A stretch of DNA of 61,372 bases, counting the filler, from Sphacelaria rigidula (taxonomy: Eukaryota): the NCBI GenBank assembly GCA_964200075.2. It is 7 parts of 7 records of this genome, joined end to end, with 100 filler letters (N's around TTAATTAATTAA, not from the genome) between each part and the next. Parts side by side here need not be neighbours in the genome. Positions count along the whole stretch, not along the records: positions 35,129 to 43,810 come from CAXNAA020010396.1; positions 43,911 to 52,591 come from CAXNAA020010397.1; 5 more parts are not named here. One strand, given 5' to 3'. Made by a program: the position numbers and the translations under genes. The notes beneath the pieces are model-generated. The model ran no database searches, was not told the origin of the DNA, and saw nothing but the letters and a program-made list of their open reading frames with translations. The number at the start of each line of letters is the position of its first letter. The stretch's first letter is position 1. Positions 35,129-48,249 of this stretch are shown one piece after another.

Positions 35129-38100
35129 CTGTCCACGTGGACATCAACTTTGGCGTCACACTTTGCCTCCGAACACGGGCATACAATACGAAATCGCCAA
35201 CTAAAAACTTGGGCAACACAGCTTGGCCCTGAGCAAGCTTGCGTTTGGTTTCGCGAGACACAGCGACAGAAGCTTGCACTTCGCTACAAAACCGCACTTG
35301 CTCGTCAACCACGCCTCGAACCTTGTCACGCAACGAATCAACATCCATGACATCGACGTTCCACTCGCCGCCACTGACAGAAGCCAGCGCGGAAAACGCT
35401 GTGCGCAGGGTACGCCGAAACATCACACAATACGGAGTGCTACGGAAGCGTTCACGAAAAAAAGTATTCAACGCCCACTGAGCGGCTGGCAAAACATCAA
35501 CCCATTCAGACACCGGCTGTCTTTGTTCCGACAAAATAGACCGCAACGCACGTGTTTTGCGCTGCGCGATACGAATAACATCGAATGAGGGCAGCAAATC
35601 GTCGATATTACACGTGCTGTACACGGCAACAGAACGAACAGGCACGGTAGGAACCTTCACCAAGCGGGACAACAAACCTCCCAAACAAATGCGCTCTCCA
35701 GGAATGTGTTCACTGACATACCGATGTTGCTGTTAGGTTCCCAGCAACTCCCGCATGTCTTCTTGGCTTGGCATCACCCCCGGAGACTGTTCCACTCGCG
35801 CGTTCACCGTCTGATAGTCGCTGTCCAAACGGAATGTGTCCCTTTTGGGCACCGTCATCGCCGGACTCGCCCACACAGCCTGTATATTCCTCATCACTAA
35901 ACCAAACGCCACCAAAGCTGCGATGCATGAGGCAAGCCACCCGGTCTTCACCGGATCGTACCGTCTGGGCTTGACCTTCATCGCATTTGCCTGGGGCTTA
36001 AGCTGCACCCTCATGGGCTCAACGCGCGCTGGCGGATCGCCACGCAGCGCACGGCGAAAAATATCTACGCGACGAGCCAAAATATCGCGCAGTCAACGTG
36101 CGTCATCGGCGCTCAGACCATTCTGCCCGGCCTGCCACACACTATCCTCAAGCGCACGCTCCCGTGCACCTCTCTCCTCTGCTGGGTCCATGAACATATC
36201 AGGCCCCCGATCGACCAAGCGCTCCATCGCTTCATCAGCAGGGGCCTCTTCCTCAGTTCCGCTCTGGAATGACCGTATGGATACGATCACACGCCTTGCA
36301 GCAAGGTAACTGTGGTTTTCGACGCCGGTTTGCACTAGCACAGCACGCGGACGTAACTTCTTCAACGCCAGTAGACATAAATCAATTCCCAGCTCCTTGA
36401 TTGTCGCCATCCCAAATAGAACTACGTTGTCCATACCGGGCATGACAGCGAAAGTAATGGGCTGCAACTGCACAGCCCCCCACGGCGTACGCACGCTGAC
36501 AGCAATTATCACTGTTTTGTGTGTATCCGTCACGGGAGCACCCGTGGCAGTCTGCGCCGTTTGCGGTCCGTTTTCAAACGGAATTTGAAGCTGAGCGCCG
36601 CCAAACTGCGAAGACATTTGCTCTAGCAACCCCACACCGATCGACGTGAGAGCGGACCCAGAATCTAGAATAACGCGGGCCATGAACGAACCTACAGAAC
36701 CAGGCAAGGCTAAATCTGCGTGTAAGCATTCACCCTTGTGATCGACAGGTACCACGCCTGCCGAATAACCCTGTTCTGTCCCAAGAGTCACCTGACGCCA
36801 GGGCTGCCCTCCAGCACTTGGCATCGATAGCTGCGAATCGTCGGTCCAACCAGACCACGTCGCCGAATATGCAGACGTCGCTGTTACAGCCGTTGCAGCC
36901 GTAGGGAATGCACCAGACACGGATCCTGCCTGGCCGGTGGGCTGCGAGATATTCGCTCCAGCACTCCCCACCGAAGCATTTGCCTTTCTCACGTACACTG
37001 TCCTTCCCGCTACGGACGAACCATGAGATCCAGAGTCACCACCTGATGACGTAGTGGAAGAAATAGTAGCGGAGGAACCACCATCCGCCGCCTATTACTT
37101 GCTACGACGGCCGCCGCGCCCGCGTCCCTGATTGGCACGGCCCCGTCCACCGTGACGACGGCCCCGAGATCCTGATAAATCTCGTACATTGCCCTGTGCA
37201 GCGCCTTGAGCGCGAGGCTTGGGGCAGTCCTTGATCATATGTCCGGTGTCACCGCAGTTGTAACACGCGCGAGTGGACAACTCTCGCGAAGACGGCTGCT
37301 GCTTCTGTTGCTGTTGCTGTTTGCGGCGCATACCACCTGCACTTGTTGCAGAGTCGCGCCGGCCATGTGCTTCAATGGACTTCCACTGGTCGGTCGCCTC
37401 AAATATGTTTTCGAACACCACCGTCGGGTTCTTTTTCTAGCCGTCAACATACTTTAGTACACTTCTAACATACGCCTTGAATTCCGGGGGCGAAATCCCG
37501 TTCACCAAAGCTATGGACACCGACTCGGCCGGGTCGGGCAACCAACTCCTGTCCTCCGCACGGTACATTGCTTGCACCATCAGATTTTCAACAAAAACCC
37601 GCTCCATGTCTGAGCTGACCCGTCCTTGTACATGTCTTCGAACCAGCGGTGAATGTATGAAGGGATAAGTTGACCTATGCTCACCCTCTCATGCCGTATG
37701 ATCCCTTCTGAATTCACTCGACTCCACCGCTTTATATATTCAACATATCTTGCAACAAAAACCGTGATGCTTCCTCGGTTCATACTCCACCATACTTTGA
37801 CGGCTGTAGTGGCTCACCTAATACCAGTGGCGCTGCCGCCGCTTGAGCCATGTCGTCTATGCTTCAAACACTTCACCGAGAGACTCTTGCCTGACTTGTG
37901 CGTCCTCCAGCTCACGGAGCGTCCCCCTCTGCTGTGCGCTTCAAGCTGGTCTCCTCCTGTCTGCGGGCTGAACTGGCTCTATAAGCTGCTGCCCAACTTT
38001 TCTCCTCAGCCAAGACTCCTCTAACAGAGTGCGGGAAGAATATCTAGATATTGTAGCCTCTGCCAGACGATTTGGACAAGAGGACTATCCACGAGGGACT

Positions 38101-38265
38101 CCTCCAGTAGCACTGGCCTCATGCTCAACAAGTCCTTTCTTCTCACTTATTATTATCACGAAGTGATCCTCAACAGACCACAACACAAGCCAGCAGCAAG
38201 GGGCCACACAGATAAGGGCCATCAATCCAGGATCCCCTGTCCCCTGCGACTGCTCCAGTCATACA
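35129..38265 (-). mobile_element. Degenerate Ty3/Gypsy LTR retrotransposon, truncated by the contig end
   Basis: Order on the minus strand: putative LTR (~38265-37828), PBS-like TGGTATTAGG (37826-37817), gag with CYNCGDTGHMIKDC, aspartic protease VILDSGSA (36093-36998), RT start WASPAMTVPKRDTFRL..DY..VN, RNase H end EHIPGE....LLSR, integrase C-half EWVDVLPAAQWALNT...F.VGDFVL...PKLMSTWT. PR-RT-RH-IN order indicates Gypsy. The LTR limits are tentative. Confidence 0.88.
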
Positions 38266-38451
38266 TGCGGTTATACTGAAACCTACGGCTTGGTATCATT
38301 TGCCTACAGTACGTCGATCATGCGACTACGGTTGGACCTCTGAGGAGTCAGTTCGAGTGCGACAACCAATCTGAAACGTTTCGTATGACGTTACCCGCAA
38401 CGAAACGTACCGTCATTTTAGTTTAACGTGATGAACGTAATGTGAGACACT

Positions 38452-38695
38452 TTTCACCACCGGCCCCCCAAAACATGCCTGATTTGGGGAGGCAAAATGT
38501 TCACGTAAATCGACATGCAAATAGCCGAGCACAACAAGCAGCTGGGAATTTCAACGCTTACGTTCGTTCTCGCCAGTGTCGCACGTATGAGGCGCGTCAT
38601 GCAGCCTGAACCTATACATCAGGCTCTGTATATCCATATTTTTCGTGACACTTTTGGGCTGATTTCGAGCGGGGGGGAGGGGAGGGGGTGATAAT
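38452..38695 (+). mobile_element. Dispersed MITE-like repeat (family D)
   Basis: Collinear with 15921-16170. Confidence 0.75.
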
Positions 38696-39635
38696 ATATG
38701 ACTGCGTGCGAGAATTGAACTAGTACAGTAGCATACTACGATCGATCTTCAAACGATTGGCGGGTATGGAAAGATTCTAGTCGAATGTTTGCTTCTATAA
38801 GGCAGAAATTGGGTTGTTTTTTTTGTTGACGCAGCTGCTTGAAGCTGGGTACAAGATTGTACCCGATTAGCCGCGTGTACCTGCTGCTACTACAGCTTTA
38901 ATTGGCTAAAGGCACGGCGCGTCACGGTGATTTTGTATGATGAAAAGGTTGTAAGCGCGGCAGGAGGACGTACTGATAGAACAGCTACCCCCACCTGTTC
39001 TACCCACCTCCCTCACTCGACCCACCGATCAGTCTGCAGGCATCTATTGGATAAAAGAAGAAGCTTTTTACTTATCACCTACCACCATCGGTCTCTCCTA
39101 TCTACCGGTCACGAGCCCGCAGCCTTGACGTGAGTCTCTAGCTGTGCTGTACTATCACCCTTATCCTCGATTGTTTTTTGTATTCAGGCTTTAGGCTGTG
39201 TGATTCTACCCATACAGCTGGTTGATTGAAAGAGAAAGAACCCTCAGTTTGGTGCTTCGAGCCGAACGGAGGATCAGCTGGTCACATTCTCATCTATCTT
39301 GGGGTATGGCTTGCTTGCTAGAGTTTACCGTTACAGGGGAGGCTACCGTAGAAAGTGTCGTGACCGTTAAATCTTCAAATAAAACGTCCACGTAACGCAA
39401 AAAGGTTTTAACATGTTGAACAAAACTCAACGTGAAGGTTAAAAGTTGCAGAGGTGATGAACGCAACGTGAAAGTGAACGTGTAACGTGCACAGCCTATG
39501 AAATAATGCCTCAAAATAGAAAACTCAAAGAGTACGTATCCTGGCGCAGTCCAAGGAGCATTTACACAAACTTCGGTCGCGCAGGTCGAAAAAATGATGG
39601 CAATGGAGTTTTTCTAACCCTTAAACACGTGACTT

Positions 39636-40065
39636 CACAAACTGGGGATGGATTTTATATTGGGGATGAGAACCCGGAGAAATAAAATCTTCGTACCCAC
39701 ACCAAATCTTCGAAACATGCTTTCATTTCTTCACTTGCTGGTAGCTATTGACAACTACTACACGCCATACAAACTTGGGTTTCGATGACAGCAATGTTGG
39801 GGCCCTAGGTGAAAAACCAATTCCGTCAACCCTCACCCTAACCCCTAACCCTCCGATCGGACACCCAATATTCCCCAAAAATGGTTCTTCAGCTAGGGTC
39901 CCAACATTTCGGTCATCGAAATCCAAACTTTTATGGCGTGAAGTAGTTGTCAAACGCTACCAGCAAGTGAGTGAAGAAATGGAAGCATACTTCGAAGATT
40001 TGGTGTGTATACAAAGATTTCAGTTCTCCGGGTTATCTTCCTCAAAAATCCATCCCCAATTTGTA
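39636..40065. mobile_element. Foldback MITE (family C), ~185-bp arms
   Basis: ACAAACTGGGGATGGATTTT...CCCTAGGTGAAAAACCA versus TGGTTCTTCAGCTAGGG...AAAATCCATCCCCAATTTGT. Confidence 0.8.
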
Positions 40066-40154
40066 AAATCACTTTCGTAGAAGAGGACAGTAGGTCATGT
40101 ATTGAATCGGCAACAACTTCACTCGGGAAAAGCAAGCATGACCCAGATGGACTA

Positions 40155-41058
40155 TAGTAGTCAGCATCAGAAGTTTCAGAACTCGTAGTTGTTGTAGTTT
40201 TTGAGTTTTTCCCGAGTATTTTCCTTCATTACTAGAAAGTGCTAGCGCCGGTAGATTTAGGGGGAAAGCGTAGGCCGCGCTCAAATTGCGGTGCCCAAGT
40301 TGGTGTTTTCTGAGCGATACGGGCTAGATGCCCCGTTTACCAGGAGGGTATTATTGACCGTTTTTCATCCAACATAAACAGCTTTCCGGCTCTTCCGCAA
40401 CGATACAGTAAATATTCAGATGAGTGAATATGAGTACAATTCTTCACAATAACGATCAAGATCGTCTTTCTCTCCTATACTGCACATACCTCAGTCTAGC
40501 CTTTTCTGCGGATGGCTTCTTTTCGGGGTATTTCCGCACGACATTTCCAATGAGCACTCGAAAGTGCTAGCGTCGATAGTTTTGGCAAAGTAAGCAGACC
40601 GTGATCAAATCACAATGCCCAAGCTGGTGTTGAGGGGGCGATACGGACTAGATACCCCGTCAATCAGGAGGGTGTCAATGTACGTGAATGGTCCAAGAAA
40701 CGTAGTTGTCCGCCTTTAGCGCAGTGAATAGGTCAAATTTCAAAAAAACAATCCTTTTTGAGTCTTCACTTATATGACCGGTCGGGATCGAGTCGGTCCA
40801 CCGAAAATACCGAAAAGCTAGAACCTGGGGTTGCACTCTCGCAGGACCCCCGAAGATCGGTCAAGCCCGTAAGTCACTCAACATTGATCACAGATGTTTT
40901 TTTTTCAATATTTGTCAACATGATCAAAATATCTCCAGATGCCCATATTTTGGCATCCAACAGTCACTGTGATGAGCGGTGGCAAGCGAAACAAATTTGA
41001 AAAATCTTTGAGAAACTAAGGAATTACGAATTCTGTATACTTCTGACGCTGACTACTG
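40155..41058 (+). mobile_element. Long variant of MITE family A with an internal duplication
   Basis: TA|TAGTAGTCAGCATCAGAAGT ... ACTTCTGACGCTGACTACTG|TA TIRs. The AAAGTGCTAGCG...CCCCGT...AGGAGGGT module occurs twice (~40236-40360 and ~40561-40675). Confidence 0.75.
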
Positions 41059-43810
41059 TACCCTCGGGGTCCAAGGGTTAAGACCACAAACCTACCCGAA
41101 ATGCGTTCCGATACTCAGTCAAGTCGTCAGGGTTCTGTAATTGTGACGCTCATCACATCCCACGAACGCGCAAATACAGTTAGCGACTCTTGGAGTTGGA
41201 CGGAAACTTCCTACACATACTACAGGGCATTACGAAACTCTCGGAGGGCGGTGTTTTCCGATTTCCCTTCATGACGCCGATTATCGGGGGTCCGAGAAGA
41301 CCATATAATAGAGGATTCTATCAAATGAGGTTCAGTCGTGGAGACCGTAGCTTCCCCCTGTAACAGCACACGCATGTAATACCGGCCGTCGCGTTGTTGA
41401 CGTTGGCACAATTGATTCGAGTCTACCGTGTTTGATTTCCGCCATTCTGGGACAACGCCGCCTGACCGATTTATTTGTCATGGTGTATGCTTTTGTTTTC
41501 CGTCAACGTTACTACGAGTTGAGCCTCTTTTCAGGACTCGCCTGATAATTGACGAATTGTGGTTTTAGCGACAAATATTTGCCTTCGGATGTAAGCCCAC
41601 GAGTTTTGCGTGACTACCCCCTCGATGTTTGCTCACATCACTTCAGTCAAGCCTGATTGACCTTTTCCTGCTTTTACAGATGACTCCCATCGGGAGAACT
41701 GTGGTTTTAGCGACAAAATTTGCCCTCGGATGGAAGCCCACAAGTTTTGCGTCACCACCCCACGATGTTTGACATCACCTCAGTCTGGCCCGATTGTGCT
41801 TTTTCTTGTGGTATCAGATGGCCCCCGCCCCTTGTCGAGGAAGGAGATATGGCCCCGTAACCGCGCAGGGTTTTCTGGCGCACCACGTCCCCCCTCATCA
41901 GTGCAAAGTATAATATTTTGCTGTACTGTGGAAATAATACTCGGGCTCGAACATTTTGCCGTGTAGAAGAGACGCTATCGGACACAGCCCACGTGCCCGT
42001 TCCGTATGCCGCTGCCCAGGCTGCTTCCCAGCACTCCCCCGATCTGGTCAGATATCAGATCGTAGCCCCCCAACATCGGTTGTATCGTAGGCCTATACTT
42101 GAGTCGCTACGACACACCGTCCGCATCCCTCGGCGATGCGGCGAGCGTTGAGCTCACCTTGGTGGATTTCAGAACCCCTCAATCCGATCTGGTCAGATAT
42201 CAGATCATAGCCCCCCCCCTCCCCTTTGCTGCATCGTAGCCCCCCCACAGGTTTTGGCGCCATGTTTCTTTGTGCTGAATTCGCCTTCTTGGTGACTGTT
42301 TCTAGTACCTGTAGTCACCGTTCTTGTCGCTATCGCATCTTTGTCCGTGTCCCCTGAGCATCTAGTGTTTTTTTTTCTTGTCTTCGAGGTTTCTTTACGC
42401 GATGAGAGGACTGTAGATTTACTTAGTCCAGCCTCCCCGCATGTTTGGAATTTTGATGAGTAGTTCTCTGGGTGTGTTTGTTGTTGTCACTGCTCAACCC
42501 CCTGCCGCCAGCCAAGAGAGCTCGCCGCACGGGAGTATTCCTTTACATCGTCTTGTTGCACGGGTCCTTGGTTACACCGTGTACTGCAAATGATACCGCC
42601 CTTGTTGTAGGCCGTATTTATGCCCGACGACTGTTTCAGGTTGAAGTGAGCTCCTGCATTTCGACCCTTCATCTGGATATGTGTTCGTTTATTTGTTCTA
42701 CCTTTATCCCGTGGCGCAGCCTGGTCAGCTGGTGACACGGGTGTGTTCTCTTGTCCGTTCCGTTGCTCGTGATCCAGTGTTCCCCTGGGGATGATCAATC
42801 ATACCGCCCTTGCTGTAGGCCGTATTTCCGCCGGACGATTGCTTTGAGTTGGGTATTGCGTCTCGACGAATTGTTTTTTTTTAATTGACATCAAGTTTTG
42901 CTCATGACACGCGATAGTTGATCCGCCGCGCTGAACGAAAATTTCTGACCAATGACCTTTGGCTTTTTACCCTGAGTGTCGTCTTGGATGGGCTAGTGCC
43001 CACCCCCTCAGGATCTTGACTCCGCACTTCGGGCACACCAACCGTGAACTTCGACTACATCCCCAATTTGATCTCCCTATTGCTGCGTAGTTCCCCCCCC
43101 CCCCCATCGCATTGTACTTCACGCTGCACGCCTTTTGCAAGGCAGGTTTGATACTTCAAACGCCCTGCCACGGAAACGAGCGGGGTGCCACTCTCGCTAT
43201 ACGCGACGGATGTGTCGGGACGGAGTCGAACAAAGACGTGGAGCTCACTTGGATCTGCTTTCGACCAGAGCAGTTGCCGCGATGTTATGCCGCAACTGCG
43301 TTTTCCCTCCCCTCTTCCCGGATTGTCTGGCATTCCATCCTTGTTCCGTTTGTAGATGAAAGTCTACGCGTGCGTACCATTTAGTGCTTTACTTTGTAGA
43401 TGGACTTGCGTGTGTGTTGTCTTGTTCAACATAGGTGCGTGAGTGTCACGTATATACAACGTTTTCCTTCTTGTGGATTGAACGTTTGATGATGTGTCGG
43501 ATCGCAGCGATGCTCGCCTTTTAAAGGTGTGGGAGAGAGATTATTTTTTCTTCGCTTCATGCTTTTGTACGAGTGTAGTATAGAAGAGCTCTTTCTCGTT
43601 GAATTCCGAAATTCCTCGGCGTAATTACATTGTGCCGAGGCGATGTCGTTCAACTGCACAAGGACTCGTCTAGGATGGGCTAGTGTGATGAAGCTCAGAG
43701 GCGTTGCAAGATACACTCTGTGCGGGTCTGCTCGTAGACCCTGGATTCCGTGACGCGTTGTTATCGCGTTTGCTACTGTCATACATTAGAGTTATTGAGC
43801 CGCGGTCCCA

Positions 43811-43910
43811 NNNNNNNNNNNNNNNNNNNNNNNNNNNNNNNNNNNNNNNNNNNNTTAATTAATTAANNNNNNNNNNNNNNNNNNNNNNNNNNNNNNNNNN
43901 NNNNNNNNNN
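43811..43910. other. Artificial contig spacer
   Basis: N44-TTAATTAATTAA-N44. Confidence 0.98.
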
Positions 43911-46200
43911 GCGTACTCATTTGTTGCTTGCCTTAGTCGTTTGACCATTGACCACGCATCCCTTTCGAGACGGAGCACATTGCTTTAGTCGTTTGACCGT
44001 TGACTATGCATCTCTTTCGAGACGGAGCACCGCTCTTACTCCCAATAGAGACACCTCCATCCAGGAGGTCATCACGCGTCTTCCATACATCACACAGACA
44101 CTTTTTACAGATCTTATCCCTGTCCTGTTTCGCCGTCTGTGGCCACCATCTATCTCGTAGTATAGCCATCGTTTTCTCCCTGTTGTCTAATGCATCAAAC
44201 GATTTCCTACCACCTTCGCTTACTTCCCACATTTCCCCCTCTAACACGTCCCATTCCTTCTTGTATAGTTCACGTTCTGCCACCATGTAAGTTCTACTGT
44301 CTATTGCTTTACCACAACGGCAATTCTGTGCACCTACTTCCTCTTTCTTCTTTTTGGCAGGTCCGGGTCCCCCACATCGCAATTTCAGCCTTTTCCCGGA
44401 GTCCATTGGGTCGTGAAATCATGTTTTCACCCCTACCCCTTCTCTCCACCCCCCGCATATCTTCAGGTCCTCTTCCACGTCCACTTTATGCTTTAGTTTT
44501 CGTTTTTCCTTATTTCCATCGTGTCTCTTACTCTTGTCGTGTACCCCCCACATTATGGACATTATCTCGTCTTGGTTACCATTGTTCGTTGTGCAAATAT
44601 TCTCAACTACCCCGTCACACCTCATCCCAGTCTGCCCTTTCGTAATTTCTTCCATTCAGCCCTATCAGCCATGACGGGCAATCTCTTTTTTGGCATGTTG
44701 CTCGAGTTGTATTGCCATCTCAATATTACCTCTCTCTTTTTGTCCCAAGTGGGTACATTCCCAACTCTGCTTCTAACACCGTAGTAGTCATCGTCGTTGA
44801 GCATTCCAGTATTTCTTAGCTGCGGTTATCTGTACTGTTTGCAGCTACTTCACGATCTCCGCGCTCTCTTCCCATACTTCTCATGCATGTTTTAGCCTTG
44901 GTACACCACATCCATCAGAATACATAACTTAATCCTAGTGTCGAGGCGCGAGTCCCTTAGAATCACGTCCATCTTGCCTATCTGTGGCTTACCTGTCTAT
45001 ACTACTTTGTGAATGTGTGCATTCCAAGAACCGTTCTTTGATACCTCTACGCCAAGGTATGTGTACCGGTCTACGATCGGCAGTTCCTCTTCTCCCCGCT
45101 ACCATTTGACCCTTACCTGGTTTCCCTTATCTTCATTCCATACAACTATTGTAACGCGCATTTTTTACGTTCGCTACCTCTCTCCATTTCCTAGTGTATT
45201 CTAGCGCCTTCGCTATTTATTTCTGCAATCCTTCTGGTGTTTATGATATCCCCACGAAATCATCCGCGAACATCAATCCTGATACCATATCTTTTCCCGC
45301 CTTGACTACTTGCTATCCCTGCTTCTACTGCTACTATCATGTCATTAATGAAGACCTTGAATATATAATGCGATAACGTACATCCTCATGCAACTCCCCG
45401 TAAAACACATCATATTTCGATATTTTTTCATCTAGCATCATAGCACTTCTCACACACTCTGTCATCTTGTTCATGTTCCACATCTTTCCTCTGATCCCAG
45501 TTTCCCACGTCTTTGTACTCTCTTTCTTCTCTATTATGTATCCCTCTTTGCTTGTATTGCGTTTTGTGAGTTTCAATCTAAGTCTTTTTTTTTTTTTTTT
45601 TTTTTTTGACCACGGAAGGCGTCCGCATAAGATGCCCAGTACGAATGTGCCGCACAGATGTCGGAACGGTTCTTAATGTGGAGACAACACGTCTTTGTCC
45701 GCAGCCCATTTTTCCATACTCTGCCATAGGCCTTCTGTCTAGAAATAAATAGTAAGTTGTTAGCTCCGAGTCTTTCCTACCTTGAATAATCTTTCCTGGT
45801 GTGTACACATGGCCTGCGCAACTACGGTTTGGTCTGAAACCTGCTTTCCCCTCACTGTTTTTTTCTTCCTTCTTTAGCATCGTTCCTACTCTATCGTTCA
45901 GTATCTTACAGAATGTTTACCCTACCGTGCTTGGTGGCGTTATCCCCCTGTACCTCCCTGAGTCAGCCCTGTCTCTCTTCTTGAAAGGGCTTACTACTGC
46001 TCCTTCTCCCCACCTCTTGGGTGCGTACTCGTTTTCCCAGACCCAATTATACAACATAACCATTATGATAATCATTCCCTCTCCCCCATTTATTATTATT
46101 ATTAGTAGTATACTTCATAAATTCATTAACTATTTCGTCTGCTCCTGCTGCCTTTCTTTTCTCGACTTCAGATGCACATCCCATTACTTCCTCTCTAATT
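43911..46200 (-). mobile_element. 5'-truncated degenerate LINE (RT domain to 3' end)
   Basis: Minus strand carries frameshifted RT motifs: YRGITPPST, GFRPNRSCAGHVYT..KIIQGRK, GIRGKMW, FKVFINDM, FADDFVGIS, VDRYTYLGV. A C-terminal C..C-like region (CRCGKAIDSRTYMV) runs to the contig start. Confidence 0.85.
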
Positions 46201-46427
46201 TTTTGAATCACTATCTTCCCGTTTTGATGTCTCTACATTTGCCTCTGCTCACGCGTCAACTTCTTTTTTCTGGGGGGTACTCATGCTTACGGGGGGCAGG
46301 GGAGGAGGGGCAGTGTCGTCGCGGCTCACCACAGGCACTGCGATTTTTTAATACGATTTGTTTTCCCCGCGATGCGACACGGCCTAAAGAGCAACATAAC
46401 GTAGCCATTTGTTTCATGCGCTACTAG

Positions 46428-46637
46428 GCGATTGAAGCCGGAGAGGAGCCGGAGCAGGACGCGAGTAACGAGAGCGGCAAGAACCAGTTCAACTACTCAG
46501 AGCGCGCGGCCCAAACGTTCAACAATCCGATGCGCGAGAGGGGGGTGGTCACCGAGCCTCCGCCCATGCTGTCTTTCAAGAATACTGTGGCGCAATGGGA
46601 GATTTACGATTCATACATGGGGGAATACGCGGCACAG
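46428..46637 (+). CDS. DNAI1: Axonemal outer-arm dynein intermediate chain 1 (IC1/IC78), internal exon
   Basis: tag|GCG...CAG|gt; 210 nt including KNQFNYSERAAQTFNNPMRERGVVTEPPP...QWEIYDSY, the conserved DNAI1 N-terminal block. Confidence 0.9.
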
Positions 46638-47535
46638 GTGTGCCGCCTGTTGTAAATAGTCGTCTGCTGGGAGTTTAGTTCGCCCGTGGTATAATGGTAG
46701 GGGGAAGAGCAACCATTAGGAGCTGTGGAAACGTGATTTTTCCCCTTGCGTTAGTCTTGAGTGAATTGCCGCGGAAGATCGCCCCCAGAAGGTTGGGGAC
46801 AGTTGGCAAGCGACGTTCAATGATCAACGACCGGTGCCAACGGGGACGGTCAAGGCGCTCCAGTCACTTTGGGCGTTCACACGTGCCCCGCTCTGAATGA
46901 AAACGGTACGCCTAAGGATTACGCTTTGTGGTATATACTTGCAGAGCGTGTACGGTAAACCGGGTAAACCGAATTTGCACGATTAACTGCTTCAGAACTG
47001 GCTGTACACGACATTGTGGGCGTGACCCAGGAGGTAAATAATGTATTGATTAGATACAGAATGAATGGGAGGTAAATTGGACAATGCTCAGCTGCCACTT
47101 GCGGTGAAGCCCCGTGAAGTCGAGCGCTTGTTTTCTGAACGCGCCTTTGTTTCCCGCATGCGCAAGGAATTCACCCTGCGCGCCGAAGGCACTGCCCAGC
47201 TGGCAGAGATTGTTATGGGAGTCACGCCGACGGGATACGGAATTTATAACGATCTACTCGTTCCATGTTCACAGCACGCCCGCCTCCGTCTCATCTCCCC
47301 CTATCGCCGGTGCTTCACTCCCTGTCGATTGTTCGTGTTGCGCCACGCATGCTACTCAACACAATCCCCTCTGTTTCCTGCCTTCTGTGGGGCCCTTCGT
47401 GACATAATCACCGCCAAAAAATGCTCTCATTCGTACACCCCGTTTCTTATATCCTCCCATCGGCTGTCTTTCCCCCCCGCTTCCCTCCCTCCCCCCCCCC
47501 CCATGACACGCTTCTTGCATGGCCTTCCTGATTAG

Positions 47536-47578
47536 GTGGCCGAACAAGAGGTCGAGAACAAGAAGAAGCGAGAGCGAG
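47536..47578 (+). CDS. DNAI1: DNAI1 internal exon (charged linker)
   Basis: ttag|GTG...G|gtaagt; 43 nt VAEQEVENKKKRER+G. Its phase 0 to phase 1 shift bridges the flanking exons exactly. Confidence 0.75.
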
Positions 47579-48249
47579 GTAAGTTTACACATACGGTATA
47601 GGGGGATACGCAAGTGTCGTAGCGGTCGGTAGTAGTAGCCTTGCTCTAGTTCATCAGTCACTCGTTTTATCCCCTAGGTGAAGCTCGATGTCGCCCGACA
47701 TCCCCCCCCCCCTGCCCGGCTTTTTTGGCGAGCACCCGACCACCGTCTGCATGGGGATGATTGTATCGGGGAAACTTGACGCGACCAGAGAAATAAACAA
47801 CACAACCACACGTACAAAGGAGAGCAAGACAACTACAGACTAGTCTGTGTTGTTTGTCAGTTGTGGTGCAACATACAGAGCCGATAGGCCATGTCGACAG
47901 TGGTTGGCTCGAAGCTCAATCCCACAGCTGAGGAGATATACCCAGCGTCAGAATACACTGTCACGGAAAAGGCGTGGACAGAGGAGAGACGTGTTTAAGC
48001 AAGTGCCAGATTTGGAAACTGGAGCTAGCGGCCGACGTGAGCCGGGACGGCTGGGCCCTCCTCGTGAGATCGAAATGTAAGGCATGCACCGAGATTGATG
48101 GACCAAGGAAACGATTGGACGACAAAACTACTCGCATGTAAGATTACTAGGAGGTCCGGAGCGCAAAGGAGGTGACGACCGAAAACCAAGACCGAGTAAT
48201 AACGGAAGCGTATAGAGGTGGACAATACAAGAGCCAAGTTTTGCATCCT

